DNA of 64,000 bases from an uncultured Gemmatimonadales bacterium (lineage in GTDB: Bacteria > Gemmatimonadota > Gemmatimonadetes > Gemmatimonadales > Gemmatimonadaceae), in the NCBI GenBank assembly GCA_963701965.1, contig OY969695.1:2496001-2560000 (forward strand). The letters are read 5' to 3'. This document shows, one piece after another, positions 10,686-20,841 of this stretch; the first letter of the stretch is position 1; each line of letters starts with the position of its first letter. The notes under the pieces are model-generated. The model had not been told where the DNA came from. It saw only the letters and a list, made by a program, of their open reading frames with translations, and did not search any database. The position numbers and the translations under genes were made by a program.

Positions 10686-13349
10686 GTGGACGGTCGCGAC
10701 GTGACATCTTCCGCACCGCACCCTTACCTCGCGACACGGTCGACACCAGCCGAGGGTGAGGTGCAGCAGGTGACGGGGCGATTTGCCGCTTTGGCGGATC
10801 AAGTCGCCGAAAGCGAGACGCTCGCCCAGATCGCCCGGCAGATCGCGGGCGTCGTGAGCGATCGCGGCGCGACGTTCGATCTGCTGGCGAACGGTGCGGT
10901 CTCGCTCTTGGGTGCCGATGGCGCGATCGTCGCCGTGCGGGGCGACGATGCGCGCCATGTGCGCGTGGAGGCCGCGGCCGGCTCGCTCATCCCGATGCTC
11001 GGGTTCTCCGCGCTGCTCGCGGGTACGTTGGCCGAGGAATCCCTGGGCTGCTTCCACCCGCTCGTGCTGAACGACACGACGGGCGATCCGCGCGTCGAGG
11101 CGCATTTCCTGTCGGCGTTTCATCCGCGGCAGGTCGTGGTCGCGCCCATGGTGGTCGCCGAGGCGCCGCGTGGATTCCTGCTCGCCCTCAACAGCGCGAA
11201 AGGCTATTTCGCGCCGCCGGACGGCGCGCTGCTGCAGCGGCTCGCCGATCACGGCGCCATCGCGATCCGACACGCCGAGCTTCTGGCTCGCACCGAAGCC
11301 GCCGTCGAGGAAGCGCGCCGGCTCGCGGACATCGTGCAGGAGATCAACCAGTCGCTCGAGCTGGAGCGCGTCGTCAAGCTCCTGGCCCGGCATGCGACCG
11401 GGCTGTTCGCGGCGCGCGGCGCCCGCGTGTCGGTGCTCGATGGCGAGCAGTTGATCACTACCGCCACGTTCGGCGATGCCGTGGACCGCATCGGCGCGGT
11501 GTTCGACCTGTCCACCGTGTTCGCCGGGGAGGCCATTCGCCAGCGCCGCGGGGTGGCGACCAGCGATCTCCGTCCCTACGCCGATCAGTGGGCGCGGACC
11601 GGGCGCGGGGCCTCGGTCGAGGAAGGACGGGCCAACGGCATGGCGGCGCCCTTGCTCGTCGGCGGGCGCGTCATCGGGGCCGTCACCGTGTTCGGGCGCG
11701 AGCAGGGGGATTTCAGCGACCATGACGCCGCGACCTTGCATGCGTTGGCCAATCACGCCGCGGTGGCGATCGAAAACTCGCGCCTCTACCGGGCCGCGGC
11801 CTATACGGCCCGGCACGCCAGTATTCTCGCCGCCACGGGGCGGGCGCTGGCCAACAGCGTGACGTCCGAGGCGGTCTACGCCGGTATCGCCGAAGTCGTC
11901 TACGACTCGCTGGGCGCCAACGGCTACACGGTCATCCTCGCCGATAACGAGACCGGACACGTCGAGCTCTCCCACGCGGAAGGGCCCGGATCCGAGCAAG
12001 TGACGATGCCCGTCGAGCACTTCTGGGCGAGCCCGGCCGGGACGGTCCTCAGGACCGGCGCTCCCGTGTATTTCCCGGACTTTGGGGACATGGACACCGC
12101 ATGGGCGCCCAGCGGATTTTCCGTCGCCAAGTACCGGGCGCGGTCGCTGGCGATCCTGCCGCTGATCAGCGAGGGACGCCCCCGCGGGACCCTCTCGATT
12201 CGCTTCGCCGCCGCCAAGAAGTTCGAAGAGCATGAGCGGCGCTTGCTGGAGGATTTCGGGACGCAGTTCGCCACGGCCGTCCGCAACGCGCAACTCGCCG
12301 CCGCCGAGCAGCGGCATCGCGAGCGCGAACGGATGTTGGCGACCGCGCTGGCGACCATGGAGCACCCGGTGTTCGTGCTCAACCCCAATGCCAAGATCCG
12401 GTACGCGAACCCCGCCGCGGCCCGCGAGTACGGGTACACGGTGGAGGAGCTGACCGCTTTGCCGCTCGACCGGCTCCTGGCCGTGCACTCCGATGGCATC
12501 GAAGGACCCGATCAGGTCCATCGCCGGCGCGATGGCACCGAGTTCCCGGCCACGGCGACCCTGAGCCAGATTCGCGATGACGCGGGCGCCGTGGTGGGGC
12601 AGGTGGTGTCCGTGCGCAATACGACGGAGGAGCGGAAGCTCGCCGAAGCAATGCACCAGACCGAAAAACTGGCGGCGCTGGGCGAGCTGGTGGCTGGTGT
12701 CGCCCACGAGCTGAACAATCCGCTGACGGGCATTTCGACATTCGCGCAGCTGTTGCTCGAAGAGGAGCTCACCGAGGACCAGCTGGAGTCCGTCCGGACG
12801 ATCAAGCGCGAGTCCGACCGCGCCGTTGCCGTGATCCGCGACCTGCTGGTCTTCTCGCGCAAGACCGGGCCCCGGCACGGGCCGGTGGATCTCCGGGCCT
12901 TGATCCAACAGACCGTCCGCCTTCGGAGTTATGCCTTACAGTCGGCCGGCGTCACACTGCAGACGGAGCTCGACGCCGATCTGCCGACGGTCCCAGGCGA
13001 CGACCGCAAGCTGCAACAGGTGCTGATGAACATGATGGTGAATGCCGAGTACGCCATGTCCAAGACCGAAGTCCGGACGCTGACCGTCCGGGCGTTGACC
13101 GGCACGGAGCACGTCACGCTCGAGATCGCCGATACGGGCATCGGGATGAGTCCGGATGTCGTCAAGCACGTCTTCGAGCCGTTCTACACCACGAAACCGG
13201 TCGGTGTGGGGACGGGACTCGGCCTTTCTGTCAGCTATGGAATCATCCAGGCGCACGGCGGCACGATCGACGTCAAGAGCGCCCCGGGCGCTGGCACGAC
13301 GTTTCGGATCGCGCTGCCGCTCGCCGCTACCGCGGCATCGTTCGAATGA
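10686..13349 (+). CDS. Cytoplasmic GAF-GAF-GAF-PAS histidine kinase
   Basis: Three GAF-like repeats, a short PAS domain, H-box AGVAHELNNPL and HATPase boxes (QVLMN, DTGIG, FYTTK, GTGLGL). Confidence 0.92.
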   Translation: MDGRDVTSSAPHPYLATRSTPAEGEVQQVTGRFAALADQVAESETLAQIARQIAGVVSDRGATFDLLANGAVSLLGADGAIVAVRGDDARHVRVEAAAGSLIPMLGFSALLAGTLAEESLGCFHPLVLNDTTGDPRVEAHFLSAFHPRQVVVAPMVVAEAPRGFLLALNSAKGYFAPPDGALLQRLADHGAIAIRHAELLARTEAAVEEARRLADIVQEINQSLELERVVKLLARHATGLFAARGARVSVLDGEQLITTATFGDAVDRIGAVFDLSTVFAGEAIRQRRGVATSDLRPYADQWARTGRGASVEEGRANGMAAPLLVGGRVIGAVTVFGREQGDFSDHDAATLHALANHAAVAIENSRLYRAAAYTARHASILAATGRALANSVTSEAVYAGIAEVVYDSLGANGYTVILADNETGHVELSHAEGPGSEQVTMPVEHFWASPAGTVLRTGAPVYFPDFGDMDTAWAPSGFSVAKYRARSLAILPLISEGRPRGTLSIRFAAAKKFEEHERRLLEDFGTQFATAVRNAQLAAAEQRHRERERMLATALATMEHPVFVLNPNAKIRYANPAAAREYGYTVEELTALPLDRLLAVHSDGIEGPDQVHRRRDGTEFPATATLSQIRDDAGAVVGQVVSVRNTTEERKLAEAMHQTEKLAALGELVAGVAHELNNPLTGISTFAQLLLEEELTEDQLESVRTIKRESDRAVAVIRDLLVFSRKTGPRHGPVDLRALIQQTVRLRSYALQSAGVTLQTELDADLPTVPGDDRKLQQVLMNMMVNAEYAMSKTEVRTLTVRALTGTEHVTLEIADTGIGMSPDVVKHVFEPFYTTKPVGVGTGLGLSVSYGIIQAHGGTIDVKSAPGAGTTFRIALPLAATAASFE

Positions 13350-14395
13350 CCGATTCGACGCACGTTATCCCGCGCTTGTTGGTCGTCGACGATGAGCCGA
13401 CGATCCTCGGAGCGCTGTCCAAGTTTCTCCGATCGCGCGGGTACGACGTCCAAACGGCGTCGTCGGGCGCGGAAGCGCTCGAAAAGCTCGGGCAGGGCAA
13501 GTTCAAGCTGATCCTCTGCGACGTCCGGATGCCGGGGATGACGGGCGTGGAGGTCGTGACCCAGGCGCTGGCCCTGGACGGCGATCTGGCGATCGTGATG
13601 CTGACCGGCGTCAACGACGCGCCGACGGCCACGGACGCGTTGTCGCGCGGCGCCATGGACTACCTGCTCAAGCCGGTCGAGTTGGCCGATCTGCACCAGG
13701 CGATCGAGCGCGCGCTGCACCGGCGGGAGCTTTTGATCGACCGGCGCAACGTCGACCGGATCATTCGCGAGGAGGTCGACGCCCGCACCAAGGAGCTGGA
13801 GGCGATGAGCCTCGGCACCGTCCATGCGTTGATCAACGCCATGGAGGCGAAGGACATCTATTTGCGCGGGCACTCCGAGCGCATCGCCGAGCTCGCCGCG
13901 TCGATCGCCGATGCGCTGGGATTGGACGAGGACACGGTCGAAAACGTGCGGGTCGCGGGGCGGCTCCACGATATCGGCAAGATCGGGACCCGGGAGTCCG
14001 TGCTCAATAAGCCGGGCAAGCTGACGTCCGAGGAGTACGAGCACGTCAAGGACCACGTGCGTCTGTCGATGGAGATTCTCAAGCCCCTGAGCATCGTGCG
14101 GGACGCGATGGAGTACGTGCAGGACCACCACGAACGGTGGGACGGGAAGGGGTATCCGAGTGGGAAGGCGGGGGACGACATCTCGATCGGCGGGCGGATC
14201 CTCGCCGCGGCCGACGCCTTCGATGCGCTGACATCGCAGCGTCCGTACCGCGAGCCGAAATCGCCCAAGGACACGTTGACGTATCTCGAATCGTTGGTCG
14301 GCACGATGCTCGATCCACGGGTGTACGAGGCGCTCACGAATGTCGTGCGGGGGAGAAAGACGCTCGCGTTCTCCTTCATCGACGACCCCCATTGA
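13346..14395 (+). CDS. Response regulator with HD-GYP phosphodiesterase domain
   Basis: REC domain plus RGHSERI, LHDIGKIG, HHERWDGKGYP. ATGA overlap with the kinase. Confidence 0.93.
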   Translation: MTDSTHVIPRLLVVDDEPTILGALSKFLRSRGYDVQTASSGAEALEKLGQGKFKLILCDVRMPGMTGVEVVTQALALDGDLAIVMLTGVNDAPTATDALSRGAMDYLLKPVELADLHQAIERALHRRELLIDRRNVDRIIREEVDARTKELEAMSLGTVHALINAMEAKDIYLRGHSERIAELAASIADALGLDEDTVENVRVAGRLHDIGKIGTRESVLNKPGKLTSEEYEHVKDHVRLSMEILKPLSIVRDAMEYVQDHHERWDGKGYPSGKAGDDISIGGRILAAADAFDALTSQRPYREPKSPKDTLTYLESLVGTMLDPRVYEALTNVVRGRKTLAFSFIDDPH

Positions 14396-14478
14396 CGCCA
14401 CGCTCGCGCCGTAGTATTCGGTGTGCTTCGTGATTAAGATTCCGGGCGATTGAAACACATACTATTGAGGAGGCGGTA

Positions 14479-15054
14479 ATGCCGCGCGGCGACGAGTGGG
14501 AAGACGAGCTCCGGTTCTCCGACCGGGATGATGAGGGGGACGACGCCGGCTACGGCGGCGGCGCCGGTGGCGGCGGAGCCGCCTATGACGACGACGATGA
14601 CGAAGAGGATGGCGGCTGGGCGATCACCAAAGACGCCAGCGAAGAGCTGTGGGATAGTGCCGAGGATGGGGAGGACGACGACGAGGAGGCGGAGGTCGTC
14701 GTCGCCGAGGTAGAGGGCGACGAGGACGAAGGCGACCTGTTCGGCGCCGCGCGTGTGCCCGCTAAAGCGCCCGCGAAGACCCCGGCCAAGGCGCCGGCGA
14801 AAGCCGCGGCCAAACAGCCGGTGAAGAAAGCGGCCCCCGCGAAGGCGGCGGCCAAGGCCCCGGCCAAGAAAGTCGCGAAGAAAGCGGCGAAGGCGGCGAA
14901 AAAAGCCCCCGCCAAGAAGGCGAAGAAGGCGGCGCCGCGTGCTGCCGCGAAAAAGAGCGGCAAGAAAGTCGCGAAGGCCGCGTCCAAGCCTTCGAAGGGT
15001 GCGAAGAAAGGCGGTGGGAACAAGGGAAAGAAAGGCAAGAAGGGGAAGCGCTAG
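14479..15054 (+). CDS. Low-complexity protein: acidic N-half and histone H1-like Lys/Ala/Pro-rich C-half
   Basis: Strong RBS (GAGGAGG) before the ATG. D/E-rich half followed by PAKK/AAKK repeats. Confidence 0.75.
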   Translation: MPRGDEWEDELRFSDRDDEGDDAGYGGGAGGGGAAYDDDDDEEDGGWAITKDASEELWDSAEDGEDDDEEAEVVVAEVEGDEDEGDLFGAARVPAKAPAKTPAKAPAKAAAKQPVKKAAPAKAAAKAPAKKVAKKAAKAAKKAPAKKAKKAAPRAAAKKSGKKVAKAASKPSKGAKKGGGNKGKKGKKGKR

Positions 15055-15125
15055 CCCGGCGCCCTTCGGGCGCACCGTCCAAAAGCGCCTCCACAGCGCC
15101 CCCCTCGGGAGCGCTCACCGCGCTG

Positions 15126-15176
15126 GAAGCCTGGCACGCCGCACAAACACACGCGGCCCGCCAGGCTTCTTTGCTT
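15126..15176 (+). terminator. Possible terminator or structured 3' region
   Basis: GAAGCCTGGC/GCCAGGCTTC stem with inner GCCGC/GCGGC, followed by TTTGCTT. Confidence 0.4.
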
Positions 15177-15361
15177 GCCTGAGCGTGCGGCACCGTTCCG
15201 ATAGCCGCCGCCTGCTGCGAGCCGTGGCTTTCGCAGGAGTGCCGCCGGACTCGGCGCGGACCGCGACGCGCCAAGCGCCGAGCCCACAACGCTGGCCGCG
15301 GGGCGCGCGTATCCCGGCAAGTACGCCTTTTTCCCAGCGGGGCGCTGTTATTGTATCCAAT

Positions 15362-15910
15362 ATGATGAACGAATCACCCGTCAACCTCCTGCGCACCCAC
15401 GCGAACCACGCGCCGTGGAACGCCCGCGGCCTCGCGTCACACGCGACGGCCTTGGTCGACGCCGCGGGGGTTCGCCCGACCAACGCCTCGGCCCGCGCGG
15501 CGCCGAGTGCCCGCGCGATCCGTTTCTACGTCGCCAGCGGCCTGCTGGACCGCCCGGAGGGCACGGGCACGGCGGCGACGTACCACTATCGCCACCTCCT
15601 CCAACTCCTCTCGATCAAGATCCGGCAGCGCGAGGGCCAGACCCTCGACCACATCAAGCGCGAGATGACCGGCGTCACCGGCGACGCCTTGGAGCGCCGG
15701 GTCGCCCAGTCGCTGGCCCCCGCGCTCAATGCCGGCAGCATGGCCACCCCTGGCGCTGAGCCCTCGGCGCTGCTCTCGTGGCGCCGGCTGCCGGTCGCTG
15801 ACGGGATCGAGCTGCACGTCCGCGAGGACTCCCCGGCGGCGCGCGACGACGCACTCGTCGCGATCCGCGAGGCCGTCCGCACGGCCCTCGGACGCCCGGA
15901 CATTCGGTAG
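15362..15910 (+). CDS. MerR-like HTH transcriptional regulator
   Basis: SARAIRFYVASGLLDRPEG...ATYHYRHLLQLLSIK...GQTLDHIK MerR-type HTH. Confidence 0.8.
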   Translation: MMNESPVNLLRTHANHAPWNARGLASHATALVDAAGVRPTNASARAAPSARAIRFYVASGLLDRPEGTGTAATYHYRHLLQLLSIKIRQREGQTLDHIKREMTGVTGDALERRVAQSLAPALNAGSMATPGAEPSALLSWRRLPVADGIELHVREDSPAARDDALVAIREAVRTALGRPDIR

Positions 15911-15914
15911 TCCC

Positions 15915-16622
15915 GTGCCCGCCGACGGGCTCGTCGTCATCACGGGCGTCGGCCACGAAGGCCAGGTGGGCGAAGCGATCGCCCGCGCGTTCGCGGCGAC
16001 CGGCGCCCCGCTGGCGATCATCGACCGCACACCCGACAACGTCCAGGCCCGCGCCGCCGCCCTGCGCGCCGCCGCCCCGACACCGGCGACCGTGACCGGC
16101 TACGCCTGCGATCTCACCGACGCGGCGGCGACCGCCGCTGTCGCCGCCGCGATCGGCGGCGCCATCGCCACCCTGGTCCACGTCGCCGGCGGTTTCGCCG
16201 CCAACGGTCCGATCGGCGACAGCGACCCGGCGGTATTCGCTCAACAGGTCGCGATCAACCTCACGACCGCCTACGTCGTGACCCGCGCGTTCTTTCCCCG
16301 CATCCGCGACGGCGGCAGCATCGTGTATTTCGCTTCGGCGTCGGCGCTGCCCGACGCCCCGGTGTCCGGACTGTCCGGGTACGTCGCCGCCAAGTCCGCG
16401 GTTATCGGCCTCATGCGGTCGGTGGCCGCCGAGGGGCACGCGCGCGGCATCCGCGCCAATGCCGTGGCGCCGACCACCATCCGAACGACCGTCAACCTTC
16501 GCGCGATGGGCGCCGATGCCCCGTACGTCGAACGCGAAGCCGTGGCCGACGCCGTGCTCTTTCTCTCGTCGCCGGCCGCCCGCGCGGTGACGGGGCAGGT
16601 GGTCGCGCTCCGACGGCCGTGA
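15915..16622 (+). CDS. Short-chain dehydrogenase/reductase
   Basis: VITGVG..GQVG Rossmann motif, catalytic YVAAK, ANAVAP, VTGQ. Confidence 0.85.
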   Translation: MPADGLVVITGVGHEGQVGEAIARAFAATGAPLAIIDRTPDNVQARAAALRAAAPTPATVTGYACDLTDAAATAAVAAAIGGAIATLVHVAGGFAANGPIGDSDPAVFAQQVAINLTTAYVVTRAFFPRIRDGGSIVYFASASALPDAPVSGLSGYVAAKSAVIGLMRSVAAEGHARGIRANAVAPTTIRTTVNLRAMGADAPYVEREAVADAVLFLSSPAARAVTGQVVALRRP

Positions 16623-16623
16623 C

Positions 16624-17485
16624 ATGATCGCCAGCGCCACCCGACGGCGCGGCGCTTCCAACACGGTATTTCTCGACCGGTCGCTCGAGGCGCTGCCGCT
16701 GTTTCGACTGAGCGATGCCTCCGACGAGGGCGCGCTGTCATACGCGCCGGAAACCGGCGGGCGGTGGCGCGTGCTGCCCGCGCCCGGCGATCGCCTGCCC
16801 GGCACGTTCGACCAGGATGTCTACGTCGAGGTGCTGCACCGCTACAGCGACGCCGGCGCCCCGCCGGACGGCGTCGTGCGCTTCACCCTGCACGCGTTTC
16901 TCCGGTCGATGGGTCGCCGCGTCGACGGGCGGACCTATGAGCAGTTGCGGGCCTCGCTCGGACGCCTGGAGCGGACCGTCCTCGAATCGGCCCAGGCCTA
17001 TTTCGTGGCGTCGGACGGTGCCACCGGGGCCTACGCCGACGCCCGTTTCACGATCCTGGCCTCGGTCGTGATCGACCGCCGGCGGGCCTCCGACCGGGAC
17101 CAGCTCCCCTTGTTCGAGACCCTCACCGCGGCTGAGCCTGGAGATGCCCGGGTCACCATCTCCCCGCTGGTGCGGGCCAACCTCAAGGTCGGCCACACGA
17201 TCGCCCTCTCGTCGGCGACCTACGCCGGTCTCCCATCACCCACGGCCCGCCGGTTGTATCGCCTACTCGAGGTGGCGCGCGCCGAGGGGCGGGTGGCGTG
17301 GCGAGTTGCGCTCGACGCCTTGGCCGAGCAGCTTCCGCTCAACCAGCGGTATCCCTCGCACCTGCACCGAGTCCTACAGCCGGCGCACGACTTGCTTGTT
17401 GAGGCGGGAATCGTTCGTGATGCCGTGATTCGGCAACATTCAGCGGGCTTGGTTCGTCGATTACGTGCTGGCGTCACGCGCCTGA
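16624..17485 (+). CDS. Plasmid-type replication initiator (RepA-like winged helix); probable 1-nt indel near 17440
   Basis: LPGTFDQDVYV, FTLHAFLRSMG..GRTYEQLRASLGRL, Y..LPSPTARRLYRLL. Removing one T near 17440 gives ...QRAWFVDYVLASRA* and avoids overlap with the next gene. Confidence 0.62.
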
Positions 17486-17548
17486 CTCTAGGCCAAGGGC
17501 TTGGGTGCACGCCGGACGAACAGACTACCCGAGACGGAGCAACCCAAA

Positions 17549-17767
17549 ATGGCCACGAAACTCGACAAGACGATCAAGCGCGAGCTCGACATGGATGGGA
17601 GCGCGTTCACGGTGGCCATCTCCCCGGAAGGCGTGAAACTGACCCAAAAGGGCTTCCGCAAAGGCCGCGTGATGTCGTGGAAGTACTTCTGGGAGCACGG
17701 GAACGACGAATCCGCGGCCGGAGCCCAGCCGGAAGCCGGAACTCCCCCGTCGCCCACGAGTAAGTAA
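17549..17767 (+). CDS. Small hypothetical protein (MATKLDKTIKRE...)
   Basis: GGAG RBS, typical codon usage, 72 aa. Confidence 0.7.
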   Translation: MATKLDKTIKRELDMDGSAFTVAISPEGVKLTQKGFRKGRVMSWKYFWEHGNDESAAGAQPEAGTPPSPTSK

Positions 17768-17805
17768 GAAGGTAACGATTTTGTAGGCCCCCTCTTCCCT
17801 CGCGT

Positions 17806-19389
17806 ATGTCCCGTATCCGTCCCGCGGCCTTGGTCGCCCTCGTTTCCGTCCCGCTGGTCGCTGGCGGCTTCATTTGGCAGAGCCGGGCCACGCATGACGG
17901 GGCACGTCTGTTCGATCAGGTGCTGACGCTGGTCTCGGATCGGTTCGTCGATACCGTCGACCAGGGTGCGCTCTATGAGAAGGCGGCCGAGGGGTTGGTG
18001 CACGAGCTGAACGACCCGTACACGGAGTTGTTGCAGCCCAAGAAGCTGACCGAGTTCTCGCGCCGGACCGGCGGACGCTACGGTGGCGTCGGTATGGAGA
18101 TCGGACAGACTCCGCAGGGGCAAATCATCGTGGATCGCGTGTTCCCGCACACGCCCGCCGAAGAGGCGGGCGTGCTCGAGGGCGACCACATTATCGGCGT
18201 CGACACGGCGACCACGTCGGGCTGGAAGATCACCCAGGTGTCCGACTATCTCGTCGGCACGCCGGGCACCAAGGTCTCGGTCAAGTTCATGCGCCCCGGC
18301 GTCACCGAGCCGCTGGTCGATCATTTCACGCGCGCGATCATCCACATCCCGGCGGTGCCGTACGCGATCATGCTCGAGGGCAACATCGCCTACATCCCGC
18401 TGCAGCAGTTTAATGAGGATGCAACGGACGATCTCGAGGCGGCCCTCAAGAATCTCGTCTCCAAGCAGAACGCCAAAGGCGTCGTGCTGGATCTGCGCGA
18501 GGATCCGGGCGGGATCCTGGATCAGGCGCTCTCAGTGAGCAATGTGTTCCTCAAGGAAGGCCAAGAGATTCTGAGCGTACGCGGCCGCAACACGGAGCCG
18601 CAGGTGTACGTGGCGCGCGCCAAGCCGCTCGCACCCAGCGTCCCGCTCGTGGTCCTGGTCAACGGCAACAGCGCGTCCGCATCGGAGATCGTGGCCGGCG
18701 CGTTGCAGGATCACGACCGCGCGCTGGTCGTTGGGCAGACGTCGTTCGGCAAGGGCCTCGTGCAGACGCTCTTCCCGCTGGACGGCGGGTACGCGCTCAA
18801 GATGACGACCGCGAAATGGTATACGCCGAGCGGCCGTTCGATTCAGAAGGAGCGGAAACTGCTCGCCGACGGCGAGTTCATTGAAGTGCATCCGGACTCG
18901 CTGGAGACCGACTCGTCCCGCAAGGCCCGGCCGGCGTTCAAGTCGGACGCGGGGCGCACCGTGTACGGCGGCGGGGCGATCACGCCGGACGTGATCGTGA
19001 AGCCCGACACGCTGACCACTGTCGAGCAGTCGTTCCTCAAGACGCTGGCGCCCAAGGGTCAGGTGGTGTACCAGACGCTGACGAACTTCGCGCTCGATCT
19101 CAAGCCGAAGGTCGCACGCAACTACCCGTTCCAGCCGGCGTGGCACGATTCGCTGTACACGCGCCTCACGGCGGCCGGCGTGTCGATCCCGCGCGCCCAG
19201 TACGACTCGGCGGGCCGTTACATGGATCGGCTGCTGGATCTCCGGATCGCGCGGGTCGCCTTCGGGGACTCAACGGCCAAGCGCCGGGATCTGGACGAGG
19301 ACCCGCAGCTCAAGAAGGCGCTCGACCTCTTGCAGAAGGGGCAGACACAAAAAGAACTGTTCGCGGTAGCTCAGCAGCGGCTGCCGTGA
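17806..19389 (+). CDS. S41 carboxy-terminal processing protease (CtpA/Prc family)
   Basis: PDZ domain (GGVG), LDLREDPGG, NGNSASASEIVAGALQDH, GKGLVQ, YTPSGRSIQK. Confidence 0.95.
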   Translation: MSRIRPAALVALVSVPLVAGGFIWQSRATHDGARLFDQVLTLVSDRFVDTVDQGALYEKAAEGLVHELNDPYTELLQPKKLTEFSRRTGGRYGGVGMEIGQTPQGQIIVDRVFPHTPAEEAGVLEGDHIIGVDTATTSGWKITQVSDYLVGTPGTKVSVKFMRPGVTEPLVDHFTRAIIHIPAVPYAIMLEGNIAYIPLQQFNEDATDDLEAALKNLVSKQNAKGVVLDLREDPGGILDQALSVSNVFLKEGQEILSVRGRNTEPQVYVARAKPLAPSVPLVVLVNGNSASASEIVAGALQDHDRALVVGQTSFGKGLVQTLFPLDGGYALKMTTAKWYTPSGRSIQKERKLLADGEFIEVHPDSLETDSSRKARPAFKSDAGRTVYGGGAITPDVIVKPDTLTTVEQSFLKTLAPKGQVVYQTLTNFALDLKPKVARNYPFQPAWHDSLYTRLTAAGVSIPRAQYDSAGRYMDRLLDLRIARVAFGDSTAKRRDLDEDPQLKKALDLLQKGQTQKELFAVAQQRLP

Positions 19390-19408
19390 CATTGGGGGTC
19401 AAAACGAG

Positions 19409-19442
19409 CGGCGGCCGTCGTCATGGCGGCCGCCGTTTTTTT
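19409..19442 (+). terminator. Intrinsic terminator
   Basis: CGGCGGCCGTCG-tca-TGGCGGCCGCCG hairpin plus T7. Confidence 0.85.
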
Positions 19443-19476
19443 GTGCATCTATATTGCTGATTGACAGGAGGCCCTC

Positions 19477-20478
19477 ATGTTCGCCGGCGTACTCGCGGTC
19501 GCTTTCATCGCAGTGGTCGCGATGTTCATCATCTCCAGCTCGATCAAGATCATCGGGCAGGCCGAGGTGATGGTCATCGAGCGACTTGGCCGATTCAACC
19601 GGGTCGGGCGATCCGGCTTCAACGTGTTGATTCCCTTCATCGACCGGCCGCGCACGATCGACGTCCGGGTGTTCGACACCGATGTCAACGGCGTCAAGCG
19701 CATCTCCGCGGGGTCGACGGCGCGCATCGATCTCCGCGAGCAGGTGCTGAATTTCCCCAGTCAGCCGGTGATCACGAAGGACAACGTCACGATCAACATC
19801 GACGCGGTCATCTACTACCGCGTGGCCGATCCGCAAAAGGCGACGTACGCCATCCAGAATCTCCCGTTCGCCTTGGAGACGCTGACCCGTACCACGCTGC
19901 GCAACATCGTCGGCGAGATGGAGTTGGATCAGACACTGGGCTCCCGCGACACGATCAACCAGCGCATGCGCGACGTCATCGAAGAGGCGTCGATCGGTTG
20001 GGGCGTCGACGTCACGCGCGTCGAGCTGCAGGCGATCGAGCCGCCCCGGGACATTCAGCAGTCCATGGAGCTGCAGATGCGGGCCGAGCGGGAGCGGCGC
20101 GCGGCCGTCACGCAGGCCGAGGCGGGCAAGCGCGCCGCCATCCTGGAGGCCGAGGGCGTGCGCGAGTCGGCGGTGCTCCGCGCCCAGGGCGCGGCGGAGG
20201 CGCGGCTGGCGATGGCCAACGCCGAGGCCGAAGCGATCGGGCGCATCCGGAGCGCGCTGCCCGAGGGCGAGGCCGGGCTGTATCTCCTCGGACTCCGCTA
20301 CTTCGAGGCGCTGCCGCTGCTCTCGCAGGGGAAAGGCTCGACGGTCTTTTTGCCGGCGGACGCGGCCGGACTCATGGGTTCGATCGGGGCGCTGCGGGAG
20401 CTGATGCGGAGCGGGGTCAACTCCACCGCGGACGCCGCGTCCACGCGCTCACTGCCGGGGCCGGCTCCTAAGACGTGA
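19477..20478 (+). CDS. SPFH/band 7 stomatin-like membrane protein (QmcA-like)
   Basis: N-terminal TM, ERLGRF, QPVITKDNV, TTLRNIVGEMELDQTL, QMRAERERRA. Confidence 0.93.
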   Translation: MFAGVLAVAFIAVVAMFIISSSIKIIGQAEVMVIERLGRFNRVGRSGFNVLIPFIDRPRTIDVRVFDTDVNGVKRISAGSTARIDLREQVLNFPSQPVITKDNVTINIDAVIYYRVADPQKATYAIQNLPFALETLTRTTLRNIVGEMELDQTLGSRDTINQRMRDVIEEASIGWGVDVTRVELQAIEPPRDIQQSMELQMRAERERRAAVTQAEAGKRAAILEAEGVRESAVLRAQGAAEARLAMANAEAEAIGRIRSALPEGEAGLYLLGLRYFEALPLLSQGKGSTVFLPADAAGLMGSIGALRELMRSGVNSTADAASTRSLPGPAPKT

Positions 20479-20690
20479 TCACCGAGGAGCGCGCCGTGCG
20501 CATTGCGCGGGCGCATGCGTGCGAGAACTGCGGCGAGTACACGTTCAAGCGACTCGTCGTGAAGGCGGCGACCGACGCCAATCGCACCGACCTCGGCGAG
20601 GCCTGGCACGCATTCAAGGTGTGCGGCGTCTGCGGCATGGAACATGAGCTTGGCATCGACGCCGAGGGCGACATCGTCTATGTGAGCTAG
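20475..20690 (+). CDS. Small zinc-ribbon protein
   Basis: CENC...CGVC. GTGA overlap with the SPFH gene. Confidence 0.75.
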   Translation: MITEERAVRIARAHACENCGEYTFKRLVVKAATDANRTDLGEAWHAFKVCGVCGMEHELGIDAEGDIVYVS

Positions 20691-20772
20691 CGGAACGATC
20701 ACCACGGCATCGCGGTATAAGCGCGAGGGGCGTGGGCCCGGTGAGGCGGTCACCCTCGTCTGAAGCACCTAT

Positions 20773-20818
20773 ATCACTGTGATGCACACGCTTAGGCGGT
20801 TACTTTTCATCACAGTGA
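20773..20818. promoter_or_regulatory. Paired palindromic sites ATCAC(T/A)GTGA, putative operator
   Basis: TCACTGTGATG (20774-84) and CATCACAGTGA (20808-18) form a perfect 11-bp inverted repeat in an AT-richer intergenic region. Confidence 0.5.
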
Positions 20819-20841
20819 CGAGCACTCCCTGAGGAGGCACG

